DNA of 64,000 bases from an uncultured Hormoscilla sp. (GTDB lineage: Bacteria; Cyanobacteriota; Cyanobacteriia; Cyanobacteriales; Desertifilaceae). The notes beneath the pieces were generated by a model. The model was not told where the DNA came from. It saw only the letters and a list, made by a program, of their open reading frames with translations, and ran no database searches. Made by a program: the position numbers and the translations under genes. Positions within the stretch are counted from its first letter, which is position 1. Each line of letters opens with the position of its first letter. Below are positions 1 to 12,489 of the stretch, piece after piece. The stretch is from contig OZ001293.3 in the NCBI GenBank assembly GCA_963921275.4, forward strand, positions 4,896,001 through 4,960,000, read 5' to 3'.

Positions 1-16
1 ATACCCCTGTAAGGGG

Positions 17-2389
17 ATGACTTTGTTACTGGTAGGCTGTGGCGAATTAAAGTCACAGACGGAAATAGCTCGGGAAGTCCAGAAAAGCATAGTCTTAATA
101 GACTATGAGGATAGGTCGGGACATGGAACGGGATTTGTGGTACCAGGTGCAAAAGATGTATGTACTGTAATGACTGCGGTGAAAGGGAGCGAAAAATTGC
201 AGCTGCAAACTCCAGATGGTAAGGTTTGGCAAGCTAGCCAGATAAAAAGGTTCCCCGACCAGGATATGGCGGTGGTGACTTTTGTCCCCCAGGGGAAAAG
301 TTGCCCCTATCCACCCGTACAGCTGGGAAATTCAAATAGAGTACAGCGGGGAGAGTCGATATATATTACGGGTTTTACAGAACGAACGGGGGGCGTGGTA
401 TTTGTCCCGGGAGACGTGATATCTAATAGAAAGAAACCGGGATGGGGAGGGTCAGGCATATCTTACCAGAGTGCGGCGGCGGAAGCAATGATGGGGAGAC
501 CGGTTCTGGATGCAGCGGGAAGGGCGATCGCCGTGCATAATAGTAACCTGCTTCCAGAAGGTAAGGAAGGGGAAAATTTGGCCCAAAGAGATTTGAAATG
601 GGGGGTTTCAGTTAATGGTTACGGGGTAAAACCGGTGGCGATCTCCCCGGCATTTGTGGAAAGTTTCGTGAAACTGCCAGGAATGCGCTGCGCGTCCCGC
701 AGGGATATGCGCTGCGCGCACGCTACGCGAACGAAAGCAGATATGGTGGCGGGTTTGGTGGCGGGTGCTTTGTTGTCCCTCGGGGGACTGGTGAGTTATG
801 GAGTTTTCAGGGGTAAAGTACCGGAGGCGAAAGGGAAGTTGGAGCGTGGAAATAGGATGTTTGACGAGGAACGGTATGCAGATGCAGTGATAGTTTATAA
901 TCAGGCAATAGCAGCAGATCCAGAATTGGCAGAAGCTTGGAATAACAGGGGGTTGGCCTTGGAAAAGATGCAACGTCAAGCAGAGGGGCTATCATCTTAC
1001 GATCGGGCATTGAATCTGAAGCCAGATTATCGACAAGCTTGGTATAATCGGGAAGTGGCACTGCGGAAGTTGGAACGCTATGCAGAGGCGGTGTCATCTT
1101 ATGACCGGGCAGTAGAGATTAAGTCGGATTACCATCAGGGGTGGAATAATCGGGGAGTGGCCTTGGGCAGGTGGGAACGCTATGAGGAGGCCCTGGCATC
1201 TTTGGATAGGGCCATAGAATTAAAAGCAGATTATCACGAGGCGTGGAATAATCGCGGGGTGACCCTAGATAAAAAGCAGCGCTATGAAGAGGCGCTAAAA
1301 TGTTACGATTGCGCTGCGCGCACGCTACGCGATCGGGCATTGGCAATTAAGGAGGATTTCCCAGTAGCTTGGAATAATCGCGGTTTGGCCCTGTTTAAGT
1401 TGAAACGCCCAGCAGAGGCGGTACTGGAATGTTTCGATTTTTCGCGTAGCGTTCGGGCGATCGAATTGAAGCGGGATTACTATGAGGCTTGGTACAATCG
1501 GGGCTTGGTGCTATATTACTACCAAAGATATGCAGAGGCGGTGGAGAGTTTTGATGCAGCGGTAGGATATAAACGGGATTATTATGAAGCCTGGTATCAT
1601 CGGGGTTTGGCCTTAGGAAAACTGCATAGCTACCCGGAAGAGGTGTCCTCTTACGATCGGGCAGTGGAATATAAGCCAGATTATCATCAAGCATGGTATA
1701 ATCGCGGGGTGGCACAAGGAAAATTGCATCGCTATGAAGATGCGAATGCGCTGCGTGCACGCTACGCGAACGGATCTTACGACCGGACAATAGGATTGCA
1801 GCCAGAAAATTATACGGCGTGGAATAATCGCGGGGAAATGCTTTCGGTCCTGGGACACTACGAAGAGGCCCTATCATCTTGCGATCGGGCGGTAGCGATA
1901 AAACCAGACTATGAGGAGGGGTGGAATAACAGAGGAGTGGCCCTGGATAAGTTGCAGCGCTATGAAAAGGCGATCGTATCCTTTGAACGGGCGCTACAAT
2001 GTAAGCTAGACTATGCATCAGCCTGGAATAACAAAGGTTTGACTCTGGGCAGGTTGCAGCGCTACGGGGAGGCGTTCTCTGCTTGCGATCAGGCGATCGA
2101 GTTCGATCCGGACTATGCAGAGGCTTGGCATAATCGCGGTTTGGCCCTATCATATTTGCAGCGGTATGCAGAGGCCCTGACTTCCTACGACCGGGCGATC
2201 GCGTTACAGCCAAACTCGGCTTATATCTGGAATAACAGGGGTTGGGTTCTGGAGAATTTACAAGAACATGGCCAGGCGATCGCATCCTATAAAAGGGCGA
2301 TATCCCTGGAACCGAATAATCAAGTGGCGATCGATAATCGCAAGCAGTTATCCAGTCAGCTAGAAGGGGTAACTTCGTATCAATCTTAA
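17..2389 (+). CDS. Trypsin-like peptidase domain plus multiple TPR repeats, probably membrane-anchored
   Basis: N-terminal GHGTGFVV / DMAVVTF trypsin-like fold; hydrophobic segment VAGLVAGALLSLGGLV; many AWNNRGxAL TPR units; lipobox-like LVGC. The true start may lie upstream. Confidence 0.85.
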   Translation: MTLLLVGCGELKSQTEIAREVQKSIVLIDYEDRSGHGTGFVVPGAKDVCTVMTAVKGSEKLQLQTPDGKVWQASQIKRFPDQDMAVVTFVPQGKSCPYPPVQLGNSNRVQRGESIYITGFTERTGGVVFVPGDVISNRKKPGWGGSGISYQSAAAEAMMGRPVLDAAGRAIAVHNSNLLPEGKEGENLAQRDLKWGVSVNGYGVKPVAISPAFVESFVKLPGMRCASRRDMRCAHATRTKADMVAGLVAGALLSLGGLVSYGVFRGKVPEAKGKLERGNRMFDEERYADAVIVYNQAIAADPELAEAWNNRGLALEKMQRQAEGLSSYDRALNLKPDYRQAWYNREVALRKLERYAEAVSSYDRAVEIKSDYHQGWNNRGVALGRWERYEEALASLDRAIELKADYHEAWNNRGVTLDKKQRYEEALKCYDCAARTLRDRALAIKEDFPVAWNNRGLALFKLKRPAEAVLECFDFSRSVRAIELKRDYYEAWYNRGLVLYYYQRYAEAVESFDAAVGYKRDYYEAWYHRGLALGKLHSYPEEVSSYDRAVEYKPDYHQAWYNRGVAQGKLHRYEDANALRARYANGSYDRTIGLQPENYTAWNNRGEMLSVLGHYEEALSSCDRAVAIKPDYEEGWNNRGVALDKLQRYEKAIVSFERALQCKLDYASAWNNKGLTLGRLQRYGEAFSACDQAIEFDPDYAEAWHNRGLALSYLQRYAEALTSYDRAIALQPNSAYIWNNRGWVLENLQEHGQAIASYKRAISLEPNNQVAIDNRKQLSSQLEGVTSYQS

Positions 2390-2469
2390 TCTGTTATTGC
2401 GAGGGGGGGTAGCTTTTCGAGATGAACCGAAGTTTCCTTCCGGAGTTAGGCATTTATTTAGTCTGAGAC

Positions 2470-2629
2470 TAACCATAAGGGGTTCCATTGCATGAAGAAA
2501 GGAACAAAGGGAGTAATCCTGAGTAATTCTACCTGTGACAATAGGCTATCTACCCAGTAGCCGGATGCGGTAAAGAGAGTCCGGTTCCGAAAGGGAGGGT
2601 CGGGAGGTGACAATAGGCTCGACCCCGAC
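2470..2629 (+). mobile_element. Group II intron remnant (3' part including domains V-VI)
   Basis: TAGCCGGATGCGGTAAAGAGAGTCCGGTTC domain V followed by domain VI ending CCCCGAC. The upstream part aligns by eye with the intron at 9413-10244. Confidence 0.75.
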
Positions 2630-2760
2630 TCTTCATCCTACATTATTATGCTAACCCTCCCATCTCCAAAAAAAAGAAGCCTGCCCAAACAGACTTCTGA
2701 CATTACACCCACATGGGAGGTACTTTTCTCTTTCGATTTTTCGCGTAGCGTTCCTGGCAA

Positions 2761-3717
2761 TTAGCTAGCGAGAAATTCCCGGACATTAGCCCGACGCTTC
2801 CGCAACTTGACCAAAGCTTCCCGTTCCAGCTGGCGTACCCGTTCCCGGCTGATCTTCAGATGATCGCCTATTTTGGTCAGCGTCATCGGTTTGTCATAGT
2901 CTAAACCAAACCTGAGAGACAATACCTGTCTCTGCTGCATAGTCAGATCGGCCATCATATTCTCTAACTCTGACTTGAGTGCCGCATACATGGTGAAATC
3001 CTCCGGAGTTGGGCCAGTATCCTCCAAGAGTTCTACTAGTTCTGTATCCTGGTTATCTCCCACCCGCAGATCCAATGATAGCGGTAAGCGTGATCGCTCC
3101 AGATGTTCCAGCACCTGCTTAGGAGTCAAGTCTAACTCCACCGCTAACTCGTTAATTGTGGCAGGACGTCCTAGTTCTTGGGATAATCGACGCTGAGCCT
3201 TCTTGATTTTATTCAACTTTTCGGTTATATGTATCGGCAGGCGAATCGTCCGACTCTTTTCCGCGATCGCCCGAGTAATGGCCTGACGAATCCACCAGTA
3301 GGCATAGGTCGAAAACCGATAACCTTTAGTCGGGTCAAACTTTTCTACCCCCCGCTGCATCCCGATCGTCCCTTCCTGGATCAAATCCAGCAAATCTACA
3401 TTCCGCTTGATATACTTTTTGGCGATGGACACCACCAAGCGCAAATTTGCTTCCACCATTTTGCGCTTCGCCCTTTCCCCCGCCCCGATCGCTCTTTGCA
3501 ACTGGTCCGTTGACAACTCCACCGCTTCCGCCCATTCTTCTGAGGTCGGGGAGCGGTCTAACTTCTCTGCCAGAGTTGCTTTCACCTCCTCCAACCGCGT
3601 CAGGCGCTGCACCTGCTTTCCATAGGTAATTTCCTCTTCATCGGTCAGCCGGGGAACCCGACCAATTTCTCGTAAATATGCCCGTACTGGATCTGTTGTA
3701 TGGTGAGTTTTCTTCAT
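2761..3717 (-). CDS. Group 2 RNA polymerase sigma-70 factor (SigD-like)
   Basis: [46 protein letters not shown] and [10 protein letters not shown] motifs; ATG at 3717 preferred. Confidence 0.92.
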   Translation of the reverse strand: MKKTHHTTDPVRAYLREIGRVPRLTDEEEITYGKQVQRLTRLEEVKATLAEKLDRSPTSEEWAEAVELSTDQLQRAIGAGERAKRKMVEANLRLVVSIAKKYIKRNVDLLDLIQEGTIGMQRGVEKFDPTKGYRFSTYAYWWIRQAITRAIAEKSRTIRLPIHITEKLNKIKKAQRRLSQELGRPATINELAVELDLTPKQVLEHLERSRLPLSLDLRVGDNQDTELVELLEDTGPTPEDFTMYAALKSELENMMADLTMQQRQVLSLRFGLDYDKPMTLTKIGDHLKISRERVRQLEREALVKLRKRRANVREFLAS

Positions 3718-4251
3718 AGCGCTGAGTCTGATAATTGTGTTATTTGCCAATTGTCCGTGCTACGGGGCGAATAGTTAATGTGGCATTAACCATTCGCCCT
3801 GTTCTCTCTTCGATTTTCAAATCCTCTATCTTGGGTTTTCACCGGCACCCTAACGAATGCCAGCGGAACCATCCCGGTCTTAAGAGCCAACAGAGCTAGA
3901 CCGAACACGCGAAGGGCCCCCTCCGCTGCGCGAAAAATCGACAAAGTAGTCGTTGTTAACCAAATCACGTCGGTTGTCATAGCGCTATTTACCTGATTAC
4001 TATTATTTAACTAATCTTAACATTTCTTAGCAAACCTTATCTAGTGCCCAACAGACAAATTTTTATGAGTGCGATCCGATAAACGACGGGACCCTTCGCC
4101 CATAACCCTCTACTGCGAACAGCCCCTGACAGAGATATTCCTCTGAAAAGCCATCCGTCATTACAATTTATTAAACTTTCTCAATTCTTGGTAACCAAAT
4201 CACATTCCCAAGCATCGGACCTGGGAATGTTAACTATTTACAAAACGCCCT

Positions 4252-7200
4252 CTATCTGATATAATCCTGTATCGCTTTCACCTCCAGAGGGTGGGATTTC
4301 AAGGAACGGATCGCATCGACTGTTGCTTTAGCACCGGCGATAGTAGTGATAATCGGCAGCTTGTAAGTCAGAGCAGAGCGGCGGATCAGGCGTCCATCGG
4401 TTTGGGCTTCTTCACTAGAAGAGGGCGTGTTGACTAGCAGTTGAATGTTCTCATTTTTAATCTCATCCAGCACATTGGGACGGCCTTCGTGCAGTTTGTA
4501 CAGGATCTTGACATTTTCGACACCTTGCTTTGCCAAGGCGCGGCGGGTGCCCTCGGTGGCAACCACAGCAAAACCCAATTCCATCAGGTCGCGCACTACC
4601 GGTACGACCGCTTCTTTATCCCGATCGCTGATCGATACAAACACGGTACCGCCCAGGGGCAGGCGCACTCCCGCTGCGAATTCGGCCTTAGCAAACCCCT
4701 TGCCAAAATTAGCGTCAATGCCCATCACTTCCCCTGTAGACCGCATTTCTGGTCCCAGCAGGGTGTCGCTGCCGGGGAATTTCTCAAAGGGTAGCACCGC
4801 TTCCTTGACAGAAATGTGCTGCGGGATCCGTTCGGCAGTAAACCCGAGAGATTCTAAGGTCTCTCCTGCCATTACCCGAGATGCTAGCTTCGCCAAGGGT
4901 ACCCCGATGGCCTTGGAAACAAAGGGCACTGTCCGCGATGCCCGGGGGTTAGCCTCCAGAATATAAACCTGTTCTCCCTGGACTGCAAACTGGATATTCA
5001 TCAGACCGATCGCGTTCAGCGCCTTTGCTAGCTTTACCGTCCACTCGCGAATCCGGTCTAAAATGGAGGCTGAAAGGGTAATTGCGGGAAGAGAACAAGC
5101 TGAGTCCCCTGAGTGAACTCCTGCTTCTTCGATATGTTCCATGATGCCGCCGATGACTACGCGCCCGGTACTATCCGCGATCGTATCCACATCTACCTCG
5201 ATCGCCCGTTCCAGGAACTGATCAATTAAGATAGGATGTTCCGGTAGGACCTGGCGAACAAATTTCATGTAGCGTTCCAACTCAACATCAGAATAAACAA
5301 TCTCCATCGCCTGTCCTCCTAACACGTAGGAAGGACGCACTACTACTGGGTAACCAATCCGCTGGACCACTATCAAGGCATCATGATAACTGCGGGCAAT
5401 GCCATTGGCGGGCTGTTGGATCTCCAGTTCCTTCAGAATCTTTTCAAACCTTTCCCGGTCCTCCGCAGTATCGATCGCATCTGGCGATGTTCCCCATATC
5501 TTTGTCGGACCTTCACTTTTCGACAGATATTCCTGTAAGGGAACGGCAAGTTTCAAGGGAGTTTGACCGCCAAATTGGATGATAATTCCTTCTGGTTTTT
5601 CTGTCTCAATGATGTTGAGCACGTCCTCCTTGGTCAGGGGTTCAAAATAAAGCCGATCGCTGGTATCATAGTCTGTTGAGACAGTTTCCGGGTTGGAATT
5701 GACCATAATCGTCTCAAAACCTCGGTCTCGGAGGGCGTAGGAAGCATGACAACAGCAATAGTCAAACTCAATCCCTTGACCGATGCGATTGGGGCCGCCA
5801 CCGAGAATCATTACTTTACGTCGGTCACGAGGAAATGACTCAGTTTCTGACTCGTAGGTAGAGTAGTGATAGGGGGTAAAAGCTTCAAACTCTGAGGCAC
5901 AGGTGTCTACTGTCTTGTAGACTGGTACTACCCCGAACTGCTGGCGGTAAGCGCGGACTTCATCTTCAGTGGTTTTCGTGGCAAAGGCAATCTGCCGATC
6001 GCTAAATCCGAGCTGCTTCACCTCCCATAACTGGTCTTTGATAATCTGGTTCAGAGGAGTCCGCTTCAGAAACTTCTCTGTCTCCAATAAGGATTGCATC
6101 TTGTCTAGAAACCAGAAGTCTATCCCTGTCAGTTCGTAGATATCCTCTAGACTCATCCCCATTTGCAAGGCGTGACGAACTGTGAAAATCCGATCGGGAT
6201 TGGGCGTGCGTAAACCGGCGCGAATCTGCTCTAAACTGGGCAGCATCTCTGGGCGCGCCGTAGGCGTAAAATCGCACCCCCAACCCGCACGTCCCGTTTC
6301 CAGCGATCGCAATGCTTTCTGAAAGGACTCGCAAAAGGTGCGCCCGATGGCCATCGCTTCTCCCACGGACTTCATCTGGGTAGTCAGCACCGGTTCGCTG
6401 CCAGCAAACTTTTCAAAGGCAAACCGGGGGATTTTCGTGACTACATAATCGATAGTTGGTTCAAAGCTAGCAGGGGTCTTCTTGGTAATATCATTCTTGA
6501 TCTCATCGAGGGTGTAGCCTACTGCTAACTTGGCCGCAAACTTGGCGATCGGGAAACCCGTCGCCTTGGAGGCCAGGGCCGAAGAACGCGACACCCGAGG
6601 ATTCATTTCAATCACGATTACATCCCCATTCACGGGGTTAACCGCAAACTGAATATTTGAACCCCCCGTTTCCACTCCAATTTCCCGGATAATCTTAATC
6701 GAAGCATCCCGGAGTCGCTGATATTCCTTATCCGTCAGGGTTTGCGCCGGTGCTACCGTAATCGAGTCACCGGTATGGACCCCCATCGGGTCGAGATTCT
6801 CGATCGAGCAGATAATCACCACATTATCTGCCAAGTCCCGCATCACTTCCAGTTCAAACTCTTTCCACCCGATCAGAGACTGTTCGATCAGCACCTGGGA
6901 CACTGGCGAAGCATCGAGCCCATTTTGGACGATTTGTTCAAACTCTTCCTGGTTATAAGCTATGCCACCACCGGTACCACCAAGAGTATATGCCGGTCGA
7001 ATAATCAGGGGATAGATGCCAATTTTCTGAGCAACTTCTCTTGCTTCGGCTAGGTTATTGGCAATCCCCGAAGGACAGACCGACACACCTATGCGTTCCA
7101 TCGCCTGCTTGAACAGCAGCCGGTCCTCCGCCTTCTGGATCGCCTCCAGCTTCGCCCCAATTAACTCTACCCCATACTTTTCCAGGGCGCCATTCTTTGC

Positions 7201-7506
7201 CAGGGCCACTGCCAAGTTGAGGGCTGTTTGACCCCCCATTGTCGGGAGTAAAGCGTCTGGGCGTTCCTTGGCGATTACCTTTTCCACTATTTCCGGCGTC
7301 AGCGGTTCGATGTAAGTCCGTTCCGCCATTTCCGGGTCCGTCATGATGGTGGCCGGGTTAGAGTTCACCAGTACCACCTCGTAGCCCTCACTCCGGAGGG
7401 CTTTGCAGGCTTGAGAACCACTATAATCAAACTCGCACGCCTGACCGATCACAATTGGACCAGCGCCCAGCAGGAGAATTTTGTGTAAATCGCTACGTTT
7501 CGGCAT
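4252..7506 (-). CDS. carB: Carbamoyl-phosphate synthase large subunit
   Basis: [17 protein letters not shown], duplicated ATP-grasp halves, C-terminal MGS domain, 1084 aa. Confidence 0.98.
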   Translation of the reverse strand: MPKRSDLHKILLLGAGPIVIGQACEFDYSGSQACKALRSEGYEVVLVNSNPATIMTDPEMAERTYIEPLTPEIVEKVIAKERPDALLPTMGGQTALNLAVALAKNGALEKYGVELIGAKLEAIQKAEDRLLFKQAMERIGVSVCPSGIANNLAEAREVAQKIGIYPLIIRPAYTLGGTGGGIAYNQEEFEQIVQNGLDASPVSQVLIEQSLIGWKEFELEVMRDLADNVVIICSIENLDPMGVHTGDSITVAPAQTLTDKEYQRLRDASIKIIREIGVETGGSNIQFAVNPVNGDVIVIEMNPRVSRSSALASKATGFPIAKFAAKLAVGYTLDEIKNDITKKTPASFEPTIDYVVTKIPRFAFEKFAGSEPVLTTQMKSVGEAMAIGRTFCESFQKALRSLETGRAGWGCDFTPTARPEMLPSLEQIRAGLRTPNPDRIFTVRHALQMGMSLEDIYELTGIDFWFLDKMQSLLETEKFLKRTPLNQIIKDQLWEVKQLGFSDRQIAFATKTTEDEVRAYRQQFGVVPVYKTVDTCASEFEAFTPYHYSTYESETESFPRDRRKVMILGGGPNRIGQGIEFDYCCCHASYALRDRGFETIMVNSNPETVSTDYDTSDRLYFEPLTKEDVLNIIETEKPEGIIIQFGGQTPLKLAVPLQEYLSKSEGPTKIWGTSPDAIDTAEDRERFEKILKELEIQQPANGIARSYHDALIVVQRIGYPVVVRPSYVLGGQAMEIVYSDVELERYMKFVRQVLPEHPILIDQFLERAIEVDVDTIADSTGRVVIGGIMEHIEEAGVHSGDSACSLPAITLSASILDRIREWTVKLAKALNAIGLMNIQFAVQGEQVYILEANPRASRTVPFVSKAIGVPLAKLASRVMAGETLESLGFTAERIPQHISVKEAVLPFEKFPGSDTLLGPEMRSTGEVMGIDANFGKGFAKAEFAAGVRLPLGGTVFVSISDRDKEAVVPVVRDLMELGFAVVATEGTRRALAKQGVENVKILYKLHEGRPNVLDEIKNENIQLLVNTPSSSEEAQTDGRLIRRSALTYKLPIITTIAGAKATVDAIRSLKSHPLEVKAIQDYIR

Positions 7507-7568
7507 AGTTGTTAGCTTGAAGTGCTCCGATTAAACCCAGACTATTTTAGGGGGTGTCACCGTTAAGC

Positions 7569-7673
7569 GTTGTTAGTCATTTATTCATATTTCCTCACCA
7601 TTAACCGGCAGCCAACGATGATTTTTAGTTGTTAGTCATTTATTCATATTTCCTCACCATTAACCGGCAGCCA
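7569..7673. repeat. 46-nt direct repeat (59-nt period) between carB and the isiA cluster
   Basis: GTTGTTAGTCATTTATTCATATTTCCTCACCATTAACCGGCAGCCA at 7569 and 7628. Confidence 0.9.
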
Positions 7674-8079
7674 GCGCCACTCTTCTCTCCTCTGACCGGC
7701 ATATGCAACTGTTGATTTCTGCTGTGCATGCACTACAATTGATGATTTTTAGCAGTAAACAGTATTAATATTATTCCCGGAAATCTTACTAAAATATTGC
7801 TACAGATAGTTCGCCGCTACAGATAGTTCGCCCGGAAATCGCGATTTTTATAGAATCGTTTTTTGCAAAGTAAATACTAAATTTAAAATAAGTTTGCTTA
7901 ATTATTGTTTACATTACGCAAACTGTGCTCTCGTATGAGATGAAAATTTGTCAAAAAACTTAATGAAAAAAATTTTCAAAACTCTTGACAAAAATTTTAA
8001 ATAGTTGAATATATATATCAATAAGCTTCAATCACGCAATAGGCTTATTGATATAGATTCACAGGAGGTAAATGTCGGC

Positions 8080-9125
8080 ATGACCAGCATGACTGTGAAA
8101 TCCTTCCCAGCGGAAGGAGATGGTTTTCCTTGGTGGGCAGGCAACGCTCGTCTAGCGACGCTCTCAGGGCGTTTGTTGGGCGCTCATGTCGCTCACGCCG
8201 GTTTGATAGTGCTGTGGGCGGGAGCCTACACTCTGTTTGAGCTTTCGCGCTTCAACCCAGAACTGCCCATGTACTCCCAGGGCTTAATTGTGCTGCCAAA
8301 CCTGGCAAGGTTGGGTTTTGGCGTTGGTGAGGAGGGAATAGTCAATACCTACCCCTACTTCGTCATTGGAGCTTTGCACCTGATCAGCTCTGCCTTCTTG
8401 GGTTTCGGTGGCATCTTCCATGCCCTGAAAGGACCGGAAACCCTAGAAGAGAATTTTGACTTCTTTGGCTACCGGTGGGACGACAAAGACAAAATGACCA
8501 CCATCCTGGGCATTCACCTGATTCTTCTGGGTATCGGTGCTGAACTGCTGGTGGCCAAAGCAATGTTCTTTGGCGGACTCTACGATCCGACTGTCAGTCA
8601 TGTGCGCGTCATTTCTGGCCCGACCTTGAACCCAGCCGTCATCTTTGGCTACCTATTCGGTGGGGGTGGCACAAACTGGCTAGCAGGTGTCAACAACCTC
8701 GAAGATGTTGTCGGCGGTCATATTTGGATCGGCATCCTCTGTATTGCTGGCGGCATCTGGCATATGAAAACCGAGCCTTTCCCCTGGACAGAACGCCTCT
8801 TTATTTGATCGGGAGAAGCTTATCTGTCCTACAGCATCGGCGCTCTAGCCTTAATGGCCTTTATTGCCACGTTGTTCGTATCCGTTAACGATCTGGTATT
8901 CCCAGTCGAGTTCTACGGACCAACTTTAACTATCGGCATGGATCGCTTTCCCTCTTTTGAAGGTGTAGAGTTGCTGACCTCTCGCACTTGGCTGGCCAAT
9001 GCTCACTTCTGGTTGGGTTTTTTCTTCCTGCAAGGTCATATATTCCACGCACTTCGAGCCGCTGGTTTTGACTTCCGTCAGGGCAAAGTCAGCCAAGCAG
9101 ACAGCTTGACGGAGGAGGTCGCCTG

Positions 9126-9126
<1 letters not shown>
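8080..9126 (+). pseudogene. isiA: IsiA/Pcb (CP43-like) chlorophyll-binding protein with an internal nonsense codon
   Basis: [25 protein letters not shown] motifs; AGGAGG RBS before ATG 8080; TGA at 8806-8808 replaces the W of the conserved [10 protein letters not shown], and the frame continues to 9126. Confidence 0.88.
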
Positions 9127-10946
<1,820 letters not shown>

Positions 10947-10947
10947 A

Positions 10948-12198
10948 ATGACAGCAACTGCAACTATCTCCGAACCCAAGTATGGCTGGTGGGCGGGCAA
11001 TGCCCGTTTGACCAATCTTTCGGGAAAACTTCTGGGCGCTCATGTTGCCCAAGCTGCTCTGATCGTATTTTGGGCGGGGGCGTTGACCCTATTTGAACTC
11101 TCCCAATACAACCCAGCCGAACCGATGTACTCCCAGGGTTTAATTCTGCTGCCTCATCTTGCCAGTCTCGGCATTGGCGTCGGTGATGGCGGGCAAATTG
11201 TCGATACCGCGCCTTATTTCGTTATTGGTGTTTTGCACCTAATTAGCTCAGCGGTTCTGGGTGCTGGGGGCATCTATCATGCCTTGATCGGTCCGGAAGT
11301 CTTGCCTCAAAACCATAGCTTCTCAGGCTTCTTTGGCTATGACTGGGAAGATTGGGACAAGATGACAAGCATCATTGGCATTCATCTGCTGCTGGGACTG
11401 GGGGCTTGGCTTCTGGTCGCTAAAGCTATGTTTGTTGGGGGACTCTACGACCCTAATTTAGAAGCGGTGCGAGTTATATCACAACCGACTCTCAATCCCC
11501 TACAAATTTTTGGCTATCTTGTTGGTCAAAAAGGTGCCGAAGGCATGGCTGCGGTTAACAACTTAGAAGATGTTGTTGGCGGTCATATCTATGTTGGCCT
11601 GTTGTTGATTAGTGGTGGCTTCTGGCATATCCTGACTTCGCCGAAACTGTGGGCGCAGCAGGTACTATTTTGGTCTGGTGAGGCTTACCTGTCTTACAGT
11701 CTGGGTGCTTTGGCTTATATGGGGTTTTTGGCAGCTTATTTCATCACTGTTAATGACACCGTTTACCCGACTGCTTTCTACGGTCCTCTCGGTTTCTCGA
11801 AGACGGCAGCAGGTTTTGTTACCTCGCGCACCTGGTTGGCAACGAGTCATTTTGTGCTGGCTATTCTGTTAATGTTCGGTCATATTTGGCATGCGGTGCG
11901 GGTGCGATCGCTCGCGGCAGGCTTTGATATGCGCCTGGGGCAGTTTGTCACGCAAGTACATAATTTTGATGTGACGCTTTTGTTCTTGCGGAATCTGCCC
12001 ATTTACCGCCGGGGTTTGTCACCTGTATTCAGGGGATTGGAAATTGGCATGGCTCACGGCTATTTCCTGATTGGACCTTTGGTTACTCTCAATTCTATAG
12101 AGGATCCCCAGTTGGCCAATGAAAAGGAAGAATCTTCTCGATTTAGACTCGTACTTCAGAAAAATCGGTTGCGAGTATCAACCAATCATTTGTCCTAA
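10948..12198 (+). CDS. IsiA-family protein with C-terminal PsaL-like fusion; PsaL part truncated
   Basis: Full CP43'-like domain, then [32 protein letters not shown] (PsaL motif), after which similarity stops. Confidence 0.85.
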   Translation: MTATATISEPKYGWWAGNARLTNLSGKLLGAHVAQAALIVFWAGALTLFELSQYNPAEPMYSQGLILLPHLASLGIGVGDGGQIVDTAPYFVIGVLHLISSAVLGAGGIYHALIGPEVLPQNHSFSGFFGYDWEDWDKMTSIIGIHLLLGLGAWLLVAKAMFVGGLYDPNLEAVRVISQPTLNPLQIFGYLVGQKGAEGMAAVNNLEDVVGGHIYVGLLLISGGFWHILTSPKLWAQQVLFWSGEAYLSYSLGALAYMGFLAAYFITVNDTVYPTAFYGPLGFSKTAAGFVTSRTWLATSHFVLAILLMFGHIWHAVRVRSLAAGFDMRLGQFVTQVHNFDVTLLFLRNLPIYRRGLSPVFRGLEIGMAHGYFLIGPLVTLNSIEDPQLANEKEESSRFRLVLQKNRLRVSTNHLS

Positions 12199-12292
12199 TA
12201 CTCAGGAGATTTATGAAGCCCTGGCCAGATTAAAACTAATGGCAAATCAATTTCACCCAACTTAATTTTTGACGCGCTGCAGAGGTCGATTT

Positions 12293-12372
12293 CGATGTCT
12301 GAGGGATGCTAGCGGCTGCGCAGCGGCTGCGCACGCTACGCGAAAAATCGCGCAAAAACCCCTCAGACATCG
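12293..12372. mobile_element. Small palindromic element with CGATGTCTGAGGG/CCCTCAGACATCG ends
   Basis: 13-bp inverted ends; a related inverted copy lies at 14991-15045. Confidence 0.7.
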
Positions 12373-12489
12373 TACTAACATAATTTGGGGTCTCACAACC
12401 TTTGCTAATTACGTTCCCAGGCAGAGCCAGGGAACAATGCCAATTGCTAATTGCCTTAACAATTAACAATTAACAATTAACAACAACGA

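Noticed and set aside
1395..2285. 296-aa antisense ORF and similar shadow ORFs over carB, ahcY and the LRR genes
   Set aside because: Antisense to well-supported genes, with no recognisable domains.
7960..8030. Fur box and sigma-70 promoter upstream of isiA
   Set aside because: AT-rich with TTGACA at 7985, but no convincing -10 or Fur consensus can be fixed by eye.
8806..8808. TGA recoded as Trp or Sec
   Set aside because: TGA ends other genes here normally, TGG is used for Trp throughout, and the neighbouring paralogs are also damaged.
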